DNA of 64,000 nt from Candidatus Woesearchaeota archaeon (GTDB lineage: Archaea > Nanobdellota > Nanobdellia > SCGC-AAA011-G17 > JACPNG01): positions 804 through 64,803 of the forward strand of contig CAYVWZ010000003.1 in NCBI GenBank assembly GCA_964455655.1, given 5' to 3'. A program made the translations under genes and the position numbers. The notes beneath the pieces are model-generated. The model was not told where the DNA came from. It did no database searches and saw nothing but the letters and a program-made list of their open reading frames with translations. Shown piece after piece: positions 18,920 through 28,002 of the stretch. Positions within the stretch are counted from its first letter, which is position 1, and every line of letters starts with the position of its first letter.

Positions 18920-19585
18920 TTATCTAAGAGCAGCTATAGACCTGTTAGTATATTCAAGTTTTGCTCGTGTTTGTTTTTGTAAGTACTGTTCTGTTCTCCA
19001 AAACACAGGAAATCCTCGATGAAGAATTGGTTCATCAAAAATTGCAAATAAATGTTCCATATTTGCAGGAGTAATTTTTAGTCCGTGAGCTACTATATCT
19101 ATAGGAATTCCTGTTTGATGTTCTGCTCTATATTGAAGAACTCTCATTGCTGTTAGTTCTGGAAGTGTGGGTGATCGTTTTGTCATCCAATCAATCATTA
19201 AATCAAGATCTCTAATACCACGCTCTGGAGGACGATAGACTAATCTACTTTCTGCGCCTATAACACGAATGCCTTCTACATTCTCGAGAAGAGATCCTAA
19301 TCGTTGAGCAAACTGTATACCAAAGTGAACTCTACTTCGTGCAATATCTGCTTCTTCAATTTGTTCACGCATGTAAGTTCGTACAAGTTCTTCAGGAGTG
19401 CCTGCATGTATATCTTCAATATCCCACATGAGCGCTTCTGTCGGGATTTTACCCTCGCGTATGTTAGCAAGTTGATGTGCATATGCAGTAAGTTGTACTC
19501 TTAATCCTCTATGAGCCAATACTGCTTTAGTAGAAAGAGGGGTTAGGTCATAAGGTTCTGCTGCTAATGTAAACGTGCGAGTCAT
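18920..19585 (-). CDS. predicted nucleotidyltransferase-fold (pol-beta-like) protein
   Basis: IGAESRLVYRPPERGIRDLDLMI fits the G-x-S...D-x-D minimal NTase motif. A third acidic position lies in GIPIDIVAH about 35 aa later. Confidence 0.45.
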   Translation of the reverse strand: MTRTFTLAAEPYDLTPLSTKAVLAHRGLRVQLTAYAHQLANIREGKIPTEALMWDIEDIHAGTPEELVRTYMREQIEEADIARSRVHFGIQFAQRLGSLLENVEGIRVIGAESRLVYRPPERGIRDLDLMIDWMTKRSPTLPELTAMRVLQYRAEHQTGIPIDIVAHGLKITPANMEHLFAIFDEPILHRGFPVFWRTEQYLQKQTRAKLEYTNRSIAALR

Positions 19586-19638
19586 GGTTATGGTGAGATA
19601 AAAACTTTCTTAAAGGGTGTGGTTAATCAAAAAATAGC

Positions 19639-19722
19639 GCAGGAATGCCGGAGCGGTCAAACGGGGCAGACTCAAAATCTGTTAGCTTAGTGCTTACGCA
19701 GGTTCGAATCCTGTTTCCTGCA
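19639..19722 (+). tRNA. tRNA-Leu(CAA)
   Basis: Acceptor GCAGGAA/TTCCTGC plus A, anticodon loop CTCAAAA, a long variable arm and T-arm GCAGG-TTCGAAT-CCTGT. Confidence 0.9.
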
Positions 19723-19730
19723 TTCAAACA

Positions 19731-20459
19731 ATGATTCCCAAAAAAATATTATCAAGGTTAGGAAAGACGTTCTATTGGAAGGGCGAAGGAGATCTTCATA
19801 CAACGTATGGTATGTTGAAAGATGCTGATCTCAAAAAGTCTTCTGGTAGAATTCAGAGTAATATTGAGAAGGAATTTCTTATCATGAATGCTTCGTTTGT
19901 TGATAAGATGCAGTGTATTACGCGTGGTCCTCAAGCAATGATGGAAAAAGATATTGCTATCTTGCTTGCTTATACGTCTCCTGAACAAGATGCTAAAATT
20001 GTTGAGGTTGGTGCTGGTTCTGGTAAATTGTCTTGTTTCTTGGGTCATTTCTTTCCGAAAGCTACTATTATTTCTTATGATCGTAATGAGTCTCATCTTA
20101 ATTTAGCGAAGAAGAATACTGCTGAATTGGGTATTACTAATATTGAATTTAGATTACAAGATGTTCTTGAATCTTTTTCTGAAAAGGATGTTGATGTTGT
20201 TTTTATGGATATTCCTGATCCTGATAAAGCTGCAAAGAATGTTGCTCCTGTGATAAAGAATGGTGGTTATTTTGTTGTCTATGTTCCTACGATTGTTCAA
20301 GTGCAGTCATTTGTTGAGGAAGCAAAGAGGAATGACTTGCTTGTTGAGAGAGTTATTGAGGTGAATGAGAGAGAGTGGCATGTTGAAGATTTGAAAGTTC
20401 GTCCTGTTTCTTCGGGTATTATGCATACAGCATTTCTGGTGTTTACAAGAAAAATATAA
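19731..20459 (+). CDS. trmI: tRNA (adenine-N1)-methyltransferase, TrmI/GCD14 family
   Basis: SAM motif VEVGAGSGKLS, then VFMDIPDP and the C-terminal HTAFLVFTRK typical of GCD14/TrmI. Confidence 0.75.
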   Translation: MIPKKILSRLGKTFYWKGEGDLHTTYGMLKDADLKKSSGRIQSNIEKEFLIMNASFVDKMQCITRGPQAMMEKDIAILLAYTSPEQDAKIVEVGAGSGKLSCFLGHFFPKATIISYDRNESHLNLAKKNTAELGITNIEFRLQDVLESFSEKDVDVVFMDIPDPDKAAKNVAPVIKNGGYFVVYVPTIVQVQSFVEEAKRNDLLVERVIEVNEREWHVEDLKVRPVSSGIMHTAFLVFTRKI

Positions 20460-21350
20460 TTATTTATAGCTGATTAATTTCTTGTGTGTTTCTATAATAT
20501 GATGTACTGATTTTTGTAATTGTTCAGCACTCTTCTGGAATCTGTCTTGTTCAATAGAGTTTAAAGTTACTTTTGCTGGGCCTAGTATCTTTCCGTTTCG
20601 TACAACAAATGGTGCTGAAATAGCAATGTTCTTAACACCATAAAATGAAGTATGAAGATATGTTGAAAGGTGTAAGGTGTGTGTTTTCTTATCGTTAAGT
20701 TTAGCAAAGAATTCACAAAAGACTGGTCCAACAATTTTATGAGTCATTCCGTTTTTACGTATGTATGCCATTAATGCAGAGTCTAATTCTTTGTAGAGTG
20801 TATCATATTTTTTCTGACTATCTAAATTAATGAGGGGTATTGCTTTTCCATGGGTTCCTACACAATAAACGTTTTTCTTAAGAAGTTTAGAGTAGCGTCT
20901 TGCGTCAAGGTCTAATCCAAATCCTATAATATCTGCCCTGTGGAGGATAATTCCTAAATAATTAGTAAGCTCATCAACAGGATTAGTCAGGACAATAATT
21001 TTTGTTGTTTTAGGAAGTGTGCGAAGATAGGAGAGTATTGAGGTCATTGCTCCAAGATTGTACTTTAATTCATTTTGGCGATATTCATAGGATGTTTTAC
21101 TTTTGACAAGGTTTTCTTTTCTTGCGCTTGCGCTCATTCCGGAAAGAACAATGATGACATGATCTGGTTTAGTGGAGGGTGTTAGATGTTCTATAGCTAA
21201 TGCTCGTGTATTTTTTAATCGGTGAGCGAGTGTTTGTGAACTTTTTAGTGTTCTGCTGTAGAGGTATAATTGAGTTACTTTCTTTGATTGAAGAATATGG
21301 TGAGCAATTGCTCCGCCGGTAAGCCCTGTGCCAATAAGGAGAATGCGCAT
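20460..21350 (-). CDS. L-lactate/malate dehydrogenase family protein (divergent)
   Basis: N-terminal Rossmann ILLIGTGLTGGA, then LTNPVD, GFGLDLDARR and a GTHG catalytic His region. Confidence 0.65.
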   Translation of the reverse strand: MRILLIGTGLTGGAIAHHILQSKKVTQLYLYSRTLKSSQTLAHRLKNTRALAIEHLTPSTKPDHVIIVLSGMSASARKENLVKSKTSYEYRQNELKYNLGAMTSILSYLRTLPKTTKIIVLTNPVDELTNYLGIILHRADIIGFGLDLDARRYSKLLKKNVYCVGTHGKAIPLINLDSQKKYDTLYKELDSALMAYIRKNGMTHKIVGPVFCEFFAKLNDKKTHTLHLSTYLHTSFYGVKNIAISAPFVVRNGKILGPAKVTLNSIEQDRFQKSAEQLQKSVHHIIETHKKLISYK

Positions 21351-21453
21351 TTCTAGGTAAATTATGAAATAAATTATTGATAAATTTATCGTATTGGTTA
21401 TGACGATTTGTTCACGAAAGATATAAAAGGGATCATTATTCAGATAATTCTTA

Positions 21454-23256
21454 ATGACAAAATACGTTACGGATACTTCTGTTATTATCGAACATGCTGT
21501 TTCAAAGCTTGTTGCTGAAAAGAAAATTTCTGGCGAGCTCTTAGTTCCTCGTGCAGTGCTAGCTGAGTTAGAGCATCAAGCAAATACGGGTCAGGATATT
21601 GGAACTCTAGGTTTAGAAGAGTTGCAAACATTGCAAGAGTTGCAAAAGCAGGGTTTTATCAAAATTGAGTTTATTGGTAATCGTCCTAATTTATACCAAA
21701 TTGAGAATGCAAAGTCTGGTGGTGAAGTTGATTCTTTAATTCGTGATTTAGCTTTTGAGAATGATGCGGTATTAATTACTGCTGATAAGATTCAGTCTGA
21801 GTCTGCAAAGGCTGTTGGTGTTAAAGTTCATTTTGTTTCTTTGGCGGTTACGGGTGGTTTAAAGCTTGAACAATATTTTGATGATAAGACGATGTCATTG
21901 CATCTTAAAGCTGGTGTTGTTCCTCTAGCTAAGAGGGGTTCTCCTGGTGATTGGAAGTTAACTCCTATTGGGACAAAAATTCTCTCTGCTCAAGAGGTTG
22001 AGAATATTGCAAAGGATGTTGTTGAAAAGTCTCGTTCTGATCCTCAAGCATTTATTGAGATTGCTCGTCAAGGAAGTACTATTGTTCAATATCATAATTT
22101 TCGTATTGTTATTGTGAAGCCTCCCGTTGCTGATGGGTGGGAGATTACTGCAGTAAGGCCTATTATTTCTTTAGAATTGAAAGATTATGATCTTCCTGAT
22201 GTGGTATTACAACGAATTAAGGACCAAGCAAGAGGTATTATTATTGCTGGTGAGACAGGTTCTGGTAAGTCAACGTTTGCTACTGCTGTTGCGAGAGAAT
22301 ATGCTTCTCAAGGTAAGATTGTGAAAACGGTTGAGAGTCCTCGTGATTTAGTCTTGCCTGATGTGGTTACGCAGTATAGTAAGAATTTTACAACGTCTGA
22401 GGAAATTCATGATATTTTATTCTTAGTTCGTCCTGATAATTTATTGTTTGATGAAGTAAGAGATACTCCTGATTTTAAATTGTATACTGATCTTCGTTTA
22501 GGTGGTAGTAATTGTATGGGTGTTTTGCACGGTGCGAGTGCTATTGATGCAATTCAAAGGTTTATTGGTCGTTTAGATACGGGGGTTATCCCATCGGTAT
22601 TAGATACTATTATTTTTATGGCGAAAGGTAAGATTGAGAAGATTTATTCTATTCGTATGACGGTTAAAGTTCCTTCTGGTATGGTTGAAGCGGATTTGGC
22701 TCGTCCTGTTGTTGAAGTTTCTGATTTTGTCTCTGGTAAGTGTGAGTTTGAAATTTATAGTTATGGTGAAGAAACCGTTGTTGTTCCGGTTCAGAATACT
22801 TCTGCTGTATCTCCGGCTCGTAATTTAGCTGCAAAACAAATTGAGCATGAATTATCGAAATTTGTTGATCGTGTTCGTGTTGAGGTTATTGATGAGCATA
22901 AAGCAAGAATTTTTGTTCCTGAAGGTGATATTCCTAGAATTATTGGTAAGCAGGGTAAAACTATTTCGGAGATTGAGAAGAAGTTGGGTATTGGTCTTGA
23001 TGTTGAGGCTTTAGAAGAAAAGTCTTCCGATGGTAAGGGCCATCCTGTTGCGTTTGATGTTCGTGAAGCTGGTAATAATATTATTTTCTATGGTAAACCT
23101 GGTGAAACGTATGATGTGTTTGTGAATGGTCAATTTTTATTTACGGGTACGACAGGTAAGAAGGGTGAATTAAGAGTGAGTAGTAAGTCTAAGCTTGGGG
23201 ATACTATAAGAAGTGCATTAAGTTCTAAGAAAAAGATTGAGTTGCGTACTGCGTGA
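21454..23256 (+). CDS. PIN-domain / PilT-like ATPase / KH-domain protein
   Basis: N-terminal PIN-like region (YVTDTSVII), Walker A GETGSGKST and a C-terminal KH motif IIGKQGKTISEIEKKLG. Confidence 0.8.
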   Translation: MTKYVTDTSVIIEHAVSKLVAEKKISGELLVPRAVLAELEHQANTGQDIGTLGLEELQTLQELQKQGFIKIEFIGNRPNLYQIENAKSGGEVDSLIRDLAFENDAVLITADKIQSESAKAVGVKVHFVSLAVTGGLKLEQYFDDKTMSLHLKAGVVPLAKRGSPGDWKLTPIGTKILSAQEVENIAKDVVEKSRSDPQAFIEIARQGSTIVQYHNFRIVIVKPPVADGWEITAVRPIISLELKDYDLPDVVLQRIKDQARGIIIAGETGSGKSTFATAVAREYASQGKIVKTVESPRDLVLPDVVTQYSKNFTTSEEIHDILFLVRPDNLLFDEVRDTPDFKLYTDLRLGGSNCMGVLHGASAIDAIQRFIGRLDTGVIPSVLDTIIFMAKGKIEKIYSIRMTVKVPSGMVEADLARPVVEVSDFVSGKCEFEIYSYGEETVVVPVQNTSAVSPARNLAAKQIEHELSKFVDRVRVEVIDEHKARIFVPEGDIPRIIGKQGKTISEIEKKLGIGLDVEALEEKSSDGKGHPVAFDVREAGNNIIFYGKPGETYDVFVNGQFLFTGTTGKKGELRVSSKSKLGDTIRSALSSKKKIELRTA

Positions 23257-23310
23257 TCCTCTCTTAAGAGAGACAATAAGTCTTATAAAGCGTAATTTTG
23301 GCAAAAGTTT

Positions 23311-23604
23311 ATGGCAGCAGTATATCACTTACAGAGAAGGGACGGAAATTATGGAATTGTATTGGGCTCAGAGAACCCGAATAGGCTACATGATAGAGGT
23401 TCCGCTATTCATATGTATTTAATGAGAGAAGGAAATCATCTTACAAGAGCGCAGGTAGAACTTCTAAGTAGAGCTGCTTCAGAGTTAATTGGTACTGCGG
23501 TTAAAGAAAGAGCGAGACAACATCAAAAGCAACCACCCTCATCACATCTCCTCGCTGAAGGAACATCAGGTATTAATCTTCCTGAAAGAGTTCGTAGGGA
23601 TTAA
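23311..23604 (+). CDS. hypothetical protein
   Basis: 97-aa ORF with no motif and atypical codon usage for a plus-strand gene. Confidence 0.3.
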   Translation: MAAVYHLQRRDGNYGIVLGSENPNRLHDRGSAIHMYLMREGNHLTRAQVELLSRAASELIGTAVKERARQHQKQPPSSHLLAEGTSGINLPERVRRD

Positions 23605-23606
23605 GG

Positions 23607-24110
23607 TTATTCTAATTTAAGAAGTGCTTCTTGGTATTGTTCTTGACTAACTTGTGTTAGCATAATAAGTGTGAGATGTTGCGCTTGGTATTGGTTTAAT
23701 TCAAAGAGGTCTAATTGTTCATCAACTTTTGCGTCAAGTGCTTGTTTTACTTCTCTGCTATAGTTTTTTGTTAAGGGTAAGTACCATGGGAATTCTACTT
23801 TTATTCTACCATTTTCTGATATGGTTACTTTAACATTATAATCAAGAGATATTTTTGAAAAGAGTTTTGCTGGTTGATCATGATTATAGATAATAATTCC
23901 ATCATATCTCTTTCGTATAGAGTTAATGTCTTCATCGCTAACGGTAAGTTGGTCTATTGCAGATGTTAATTGTTCATCATTTGTTGCAAGTTGGTCTACG
24001 CTCTCGTAGGGAATAGCAATGTATTCTGGTTCAGTGTCTTCTATTTCTTCTGCAATAACAATAGGGCTGATAATAAGAAGGAAGATTAGTGCCCCCATTA
24101 AATATTTCAT
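23607..24110 (-). CDS. secreted hypothetical protein
   Basis: Signal peptide MKYLMGALIFLLIISPIVIA followed by an acidic mature protein. Confidence 0.5.
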   Translation of the reverse strand: MKYLMGALIFLLIISPIVIAEEIEDTEPEYIAIPYESVDQLATNDEQLTSAIDQLTVSDEDINSIRKRYDGIIIYNHDQPAKLFSKISLDYNVKVTISENGRIKVEFPWYLPLTKNYSREVKQALDAKVDEQLDLFELNQYQAQHLTLIMLTQVSQEQYQEALLKLE

Positions 24111-24165
24111 AGGGAATAGAATTACATAAAGGATTATAAATATTGCTCTAAAGGGTTCTTGTGCT

Positions 24166-24237
24166 GGGCTCGTCGTATAACGGATAGTACAACTCTCTCC
24201 TAAGGAGTAAATCGGGGTTCAATTCCTCGCGGGCCCG
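24166..24237 (+). tRNA. tRNA-Arg(CCU)
   Basis: Acceptor GGGCTCG/CGGGCCC plus G, anticodon stem ACTCT/GGAGT with loop CTCCTAA, T-arm CGGGG-TTCAATT-CCTCG. Confidence 0.9.
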
Positions 24238-24317
24238 TTTCAAATATAAAAACTTATAAGACTCATAGTAATGTAAGCGTATAGGAGAACAAATGAAAAA
24301 GGCGGAGCTTTGAAAAT

Positions 24318-24749
24318 ATGAATATGTTTAAACAAGATAAAGCAAAAACACTGAAGGAATATTTTGATAAGCTTCCAAAAGAGAGAAAAGAAACATTGTT
24401 ATTTCTAGATAAGTTTATCAGAAGAGTGGCACCATCACTTAAGCCATATTTTGCGAATAACATGCCAGGATATGGAAGTTTTCCCTATAAAAATTATAAA
24501 AAAGAAATGATAGAATGGCCAATTATCGCTTTAGCTAATCAAAAGAATTATGTAAGCATTTATGTGTGCGCTATTGATGGAGATGAATATGTTGCTGAGA
24601 AACATAAAAAAGATCTAGGAAAAGCTAAGGTAGGAAAAAGTTGTATTAGTTTCAAAAATCTTGAAGATATAAATTTGAAAGTTCTTGAAGATATCATCAT
24701 ATTTGCAGAGAAAAAACCTGGATTAACCAAAAATAACAAGTCTGCTTAA
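24318..24749 (+). CDS. DUF1801 (YdhG-like) domain protein
   Basis: 143 aa. The overall pattern (LKEYFDKLPKERKETLLFLDKFIRRVAP...YVSIYV) resembles the DUF1801 family. Confidence 0.5.
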   Translation: MNMFKQDKAKTLKEYFDKLPKERKETLLFLDKFIRRVAPSLKPYFANNMPGYGSFPYKNYKKEMIEWPIIALANQKNYVSIYVCAIDGDEYVAEKHKKDLGKAKVGKSCISFKNLEDINLKVLEDIIIFAEKKPGLTKNNKSA

Positions 24750-24788
24750 TGAAGATATTTTATATAGAACATTTGTTATTAAAAGGAT

Positions 24789-25139
24789 ATGAATCTGTTA
24801 GTAAGAAAAAATGGAGTGTGGGTATGTGCTGTTGGTGTCGTAATTTTTCTTCTTAATTTCTTAACGTATAGCTTGTGGGAAATAGACATTGATATTCTTG
24901 GGGCAGTGCTTATTGTTCTTGGATTAGTTATTGTTGTAGCTTGTGGAGCCTCTATGAAGAGTTCATCTGGATTGTTAACAAGAAAAAGTGGAGTGTGGTT
25001 ATGTATCATTGCGGTTGTGATAACTATGCTGCTTAGCTATTCTCCAATCCCTATTCTCAATGGGGAAGTTGTAGGTTTTTCTGGATTAGTAGTATTTGTT
25101 TTAGGGGTGCTTCTTATACTTATAAGATGGAAGTATTAA
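24789..25139 (+). CDS. four-TM membrane protein with internal duplication
   Basis: Two halves both start R-K-[NS]-G-V-W-[VL]-C (VRKNGVWVCAVGVVIF and TRKSGVWLCIIAVVIT). Confidence 0.45.
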   Translation: MNLLVRKNGVWVCAVGVVIFLLNFLTYSLWEIDIDILGAVLIVLGLVIVVACGASMKSSSGLLTRKSGVWLCIIAVVITMLLSYSPIPILNGEVVGFSGLVVFVLGVLLILIRWKY

Positions 25140-25855
25140 GTTGAGTGTTTACCCACAGAGGAGTTGACCTTGCTTAATTTGTTTGTGGCATAGCGAGAAT
25201 ATTTCTTACTTATTTCATATCCAATGAATCTGCCGCCTAATTTCAGAGTTGCTTCTCCTAGTCGAGCAGTTCCAGCAAAGGGGTCTAAAACTGTTTGTCC
25301 TTTTTTAAAATAGTTCTCTAAAATAAAGTTATAAATTCCGAGAGGAGTCGGACAAGGATGCCCTTCAGCAGATGCATAATTAAAATAAAGTATTTTTCCT
25401 TCTTTCCACTTAGTTCTACCTTTTCTAAAAACGAGGATCTGATGACAATTAGAGTGAGCGTTGTGTTTTGTGGTGTAATCAGAATTCCAATCATGTTCTA
25501 GTCCTTCAACATGATGGTGGCTCATTGCAAAATTAATGTGTCTAGATTCTAAGATAAATCCTTTTTTCAAACATAGAGATTGAACTAATCCTGCTAATTC
25601 AACATAGGAACCTTCGGTAAATACAGTGTCAGCTAATTCAACAATCATAGTTCCATCTTTTTTTAAAACCCGAAAACATTCAGAATATATCCTGTCTAAC
25701 ATTTTCTTAAAATTATTAAAGGCGGTCAAGTCCTTATTCTCAGCATATCGGGTTCCAATATTATAGGGAGGACTTCCAACAATCAAATCTACTGAGTTAG
25801 ACATAACCTCTTTCATGTGCTCTGAAGAGGCATTATAAATCTTAAAATTGTTCAT
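25136..25855 (-). CDS. DNA methyltransferase, beta-class (SPPY motif; N4-cytosine or N6-adenine)
   Basis: Motif IV (LIVGSPPYNIG) is N-terminal and motif I (VLDPFAGTARLG) is C-terminal, the beta-class order. No nuclease gene is adjacent. Confidence 0.85.
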   Translation of the reverse strand: MNNFKIYNASSEHMKEVMSNSVDLIVGSPPYNIGTRYAENKDLTAFNNFKKMLDRIYSECFRVLKKDGTMIVELADTVFTEGSYVELAGLVQSLCLKKGFILESRHINFAMSHHHVEGLEHDWNSDYTTKHNAHSNCHQILVFRKGRTKWKEGKILYFNYASAEGHPCPTPLGIYNFILENYFKKGQTVLDPFAGTARLGEATLKLGGRFIGYEISKKYSRYATNKLSKVNSSVGKHST

Positions 25856-25947
25856 AAAAAGTTACAATAAAAAGTATTTAATAAGTCTATCGTAGCCTGT
25901 ATATTAATCGATACTCTTTTAATACTCTTAAAATCAAAGTTTCGTTA

Positions 25948-26535
25948 ATGTCATGGATAAATGAAGAGGTTATTTCGCAAGTTTCTAAGATTCGTAAGAA
26001 GTATTCTGAGAATAAACCTATTCCCCATGTTGTTATTCAGAATTTTCTGAAGGATGATAAGTTTAAGGTTGTTAAATCGGCTCTAGAAAAAGAGCCGTTA
26101 GAAGAAAAGTGTTGTGATTTGTTTCATTTTTTCCAGTCTGTTAATCTTCCTCATGCTAAAATGAAAGTATTGCAAGAGTTTACCAAAGAAATTTCATCTG
26201 TTGAAGCGCTTGGGTTCTTGTCTATGGTTACGGGAACAAATCTCTCTGGTAGTGTTGATGTTTCTGCATTCAAATATATTCCTACAAATTATTTATTGTG
26301 TCATGATGATCAATTAGAGGGGAGGAAGATTGCGTTTGTGTATTATACTTCAGAAGTGAAAGGTGGAGAACTTGTCTTTTATAACACAAAGAAGAATCAC
26401 CCAACAATTCCTGCGAAGAAAGTTTCTCCAGCACCAAATTGTTTAGTTATCTTTGAAGTTTCTCCTAGATCATTTCATGAAGTTGCTGAGGTTATTCAAG
26501 GTGAGAGATACTCTGTGGGGGGCTGGTTCTATTGA
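25948..26535 (+). CDS. 2OG-Fe(II) oxygenase, OGFOD1/Tpa1/Ofd1-like catalytic domain
   Basis: LLCHDDQ (H-x-D), SFHEV (distal His) and RYSVGGWFY (2OG-binding Arg) in a ~195-aa DSBH protein. Confidence 0.7.
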   Translation: MSWINEEVISQVSKIRKKYSENKPIPHVVIQNFLKDDKFKVVKSALEKEPLEEKCCDLFHFFQSVNLPHAKMKVLQEFTKEISSVEALGFLSMVTGTNLSGSVDVSAFKYIPTNYLLCHDDQLEGRKIAFVYYTSEVKGGELVFYNTKKNHPTIPAKKVSPAPNCLVIFEVSPRSFHEVAEVIQGERYSVGGWFY

Positions 26536-27089
26536 TGAATCAATGGTATAAGCATCCTGAAATGTTAGGTGCGATGCGTGAGGAATTACAAAAGAATCAT
26601 TTGATTTTGATTGATGATATCTTAAGTGAAAAAGCGCTAAAGCTCATTAAACAAGCTCTGCCAAAAGATTCTAAAGAAGAATGTATTCCTGATCAATGTC
26701 ATTATTTCCGTAAAAATGCTGTAAGTATAAAGAAAGTGTTTAATCAAGAGTTTATTGGAAATATAAGTAAGATTATAAAAAAACGTGTGATGGTTGATAT
26801 TGAAATCTTAGAGTTTAGACAAAAATGTTTTACTATTCTCCATGATGAGTTTAAACAAGATTATTCTCATGAATTAATTATGTTCTTAGCTAATGATTGG
26901 GATCTTAAGTATGGAGGGAGATTTGTTGTTATTAAGAAAGGTGAAGAAAAGTTCGAAGTTGTTCCTCAAACAAATAGGGCTCTATTAGTAGAGTGTAAAC
27001 AAACACAATCCTATATAGAGTATATCAATCATCTTGCAAAGAATAAGAAGTTTTCAATAATTAAAATAAAAATAAAAAGCCGAGCTTAG
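26535..27089 (+). CDS. degenerate second DSBH domain (Tpa1/OGFOD1 C-terminal-domain-like)
   Basis: Its ATG overlaps the upstream stop (TGATG). TILHDEF ... GGRFVV retains the fold pattern, but I cannot find the distal His/Arg of an active site. Confidence 0.45.
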   Translation: MNQWYKHPEMLGAMREELQKNHLILIDDILSEKALKLIKQALPKDSKEECIPDQCHYFRKNAVSIKKVFNQEFIGNISKIIKKRVMVDIEILEFRQKCFTILHDEFKQDYSHELIMFLANDWDLKYGGRFVVIKKGEEKFEVVPQTNRALLVECKQTQSYIEYINHLAKNKKFSIIKIKIKSRA

Positions 27090-27880
27090 TGCTCGAGCAT
27101 GATTTGTCCTCTAATTGCTCCATCAGGATAACTCGTGGAATGGATGTTGACATATGTTTGTCCTGAGAGTATTGCGGTTTCTAATTCTTCTGGATAATTC
27201 CAAGAGCCATCTTTTGTCATGCCACCAGGCAAGTCAGTGAGTACTCCAGCATTTTGGTCTGTTGGTGCTACTCCGTGGATGTGTGCTCCTGTTTCATTAC
27301 CTTCTAAGTTGAAGTATTGGATGTGGTAGGTTAAGGTGTTGTTTTGTGTGTCAACAACAAAATCTCCAAATCCAGCTGCAGTACTTGTGGTTGTAGGGTT
27401 TTCATGTCTTCCTTCCATGTGTGCAAAGAGTTCGTAGGTTTTGCCATGGAGAGATCCTGGAATCATTGTTCCAAAGACTACAGGGCCTTGTTGTGGTAAG
27501 GTATCATCTACTACTTCTTTTGTAACAACAATCATGTCGTAGAGTTCATAGTTTACAATATTTTGTTTGAAACGTAGTTCTCCTCTTCCATTATCTTGTG
27601 TTACGAATGCTCCTAAGCTTAATTTGTATCCTGTGTCAAGATCAACGAGCCATCCTTCATAGATTCTTCCTTGTTGTGGTGGAAGGTTTTCTACTTTAAG
27701 GATAATTGATGTGTCATCGACTAAAAATCGACTTGGCACGTTCTTTAATTCTGCAGTTCCTGTTGCTCCTTGGTTATTGGTAAGAGTGAGTGTTTGCTTG
27801 CTAGGTAATGCAGTAGCAATAACAACACTTGCAACAACGAGGAGGCTGAGAATAAGTGCTGTATAAAATCTTTTTTTCAT
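27086..27880 (-). CDS. secreted RskA-like / CHRD-domain protein
   Basis: Signal peptide present. YEGWLVDLDTGYKLSLGAF resembles the RskA C-terminal domain. HIHGVAP...NIHSTSYPDGAIRGQI is typical of CHRD. Confidence 0.65.
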   Translation of the reverse strand: MKKRFYTALILSLLVVASVVIATALPSKQTLTLTNNQGATGTAELKNVPSRFLVDDTSIILKVENLPPQQGRIYEGWLVDLDTGYKLSLGAFVTQDNGRGELRFKQNIVNYELYDMIVVTKEVVDDTLPQQGPVVFGTMIPGSLHGKTYELFAHMEGRHENPTTTSTAAGFGDFVVDTQNNTLTYHIQYFNLEGNETGAHIHGVAPTDQNAGVLTDLPGGMTKDGSWNYPEELETAILSGQTYVNIHSTSYPDGAIRGQIMLEH

Positions 27881-28002
27881 GGTTTTTGCCCTCCTTAATA
27901 GGTTGATGGCAACGCTTGTGCTAAGGTATTTAAAGTTTCTTTCACGACAGTGATGTGATAACGAACAAAAAACTTATATGTATGAAAACAAAATAATGGA
28001 TC

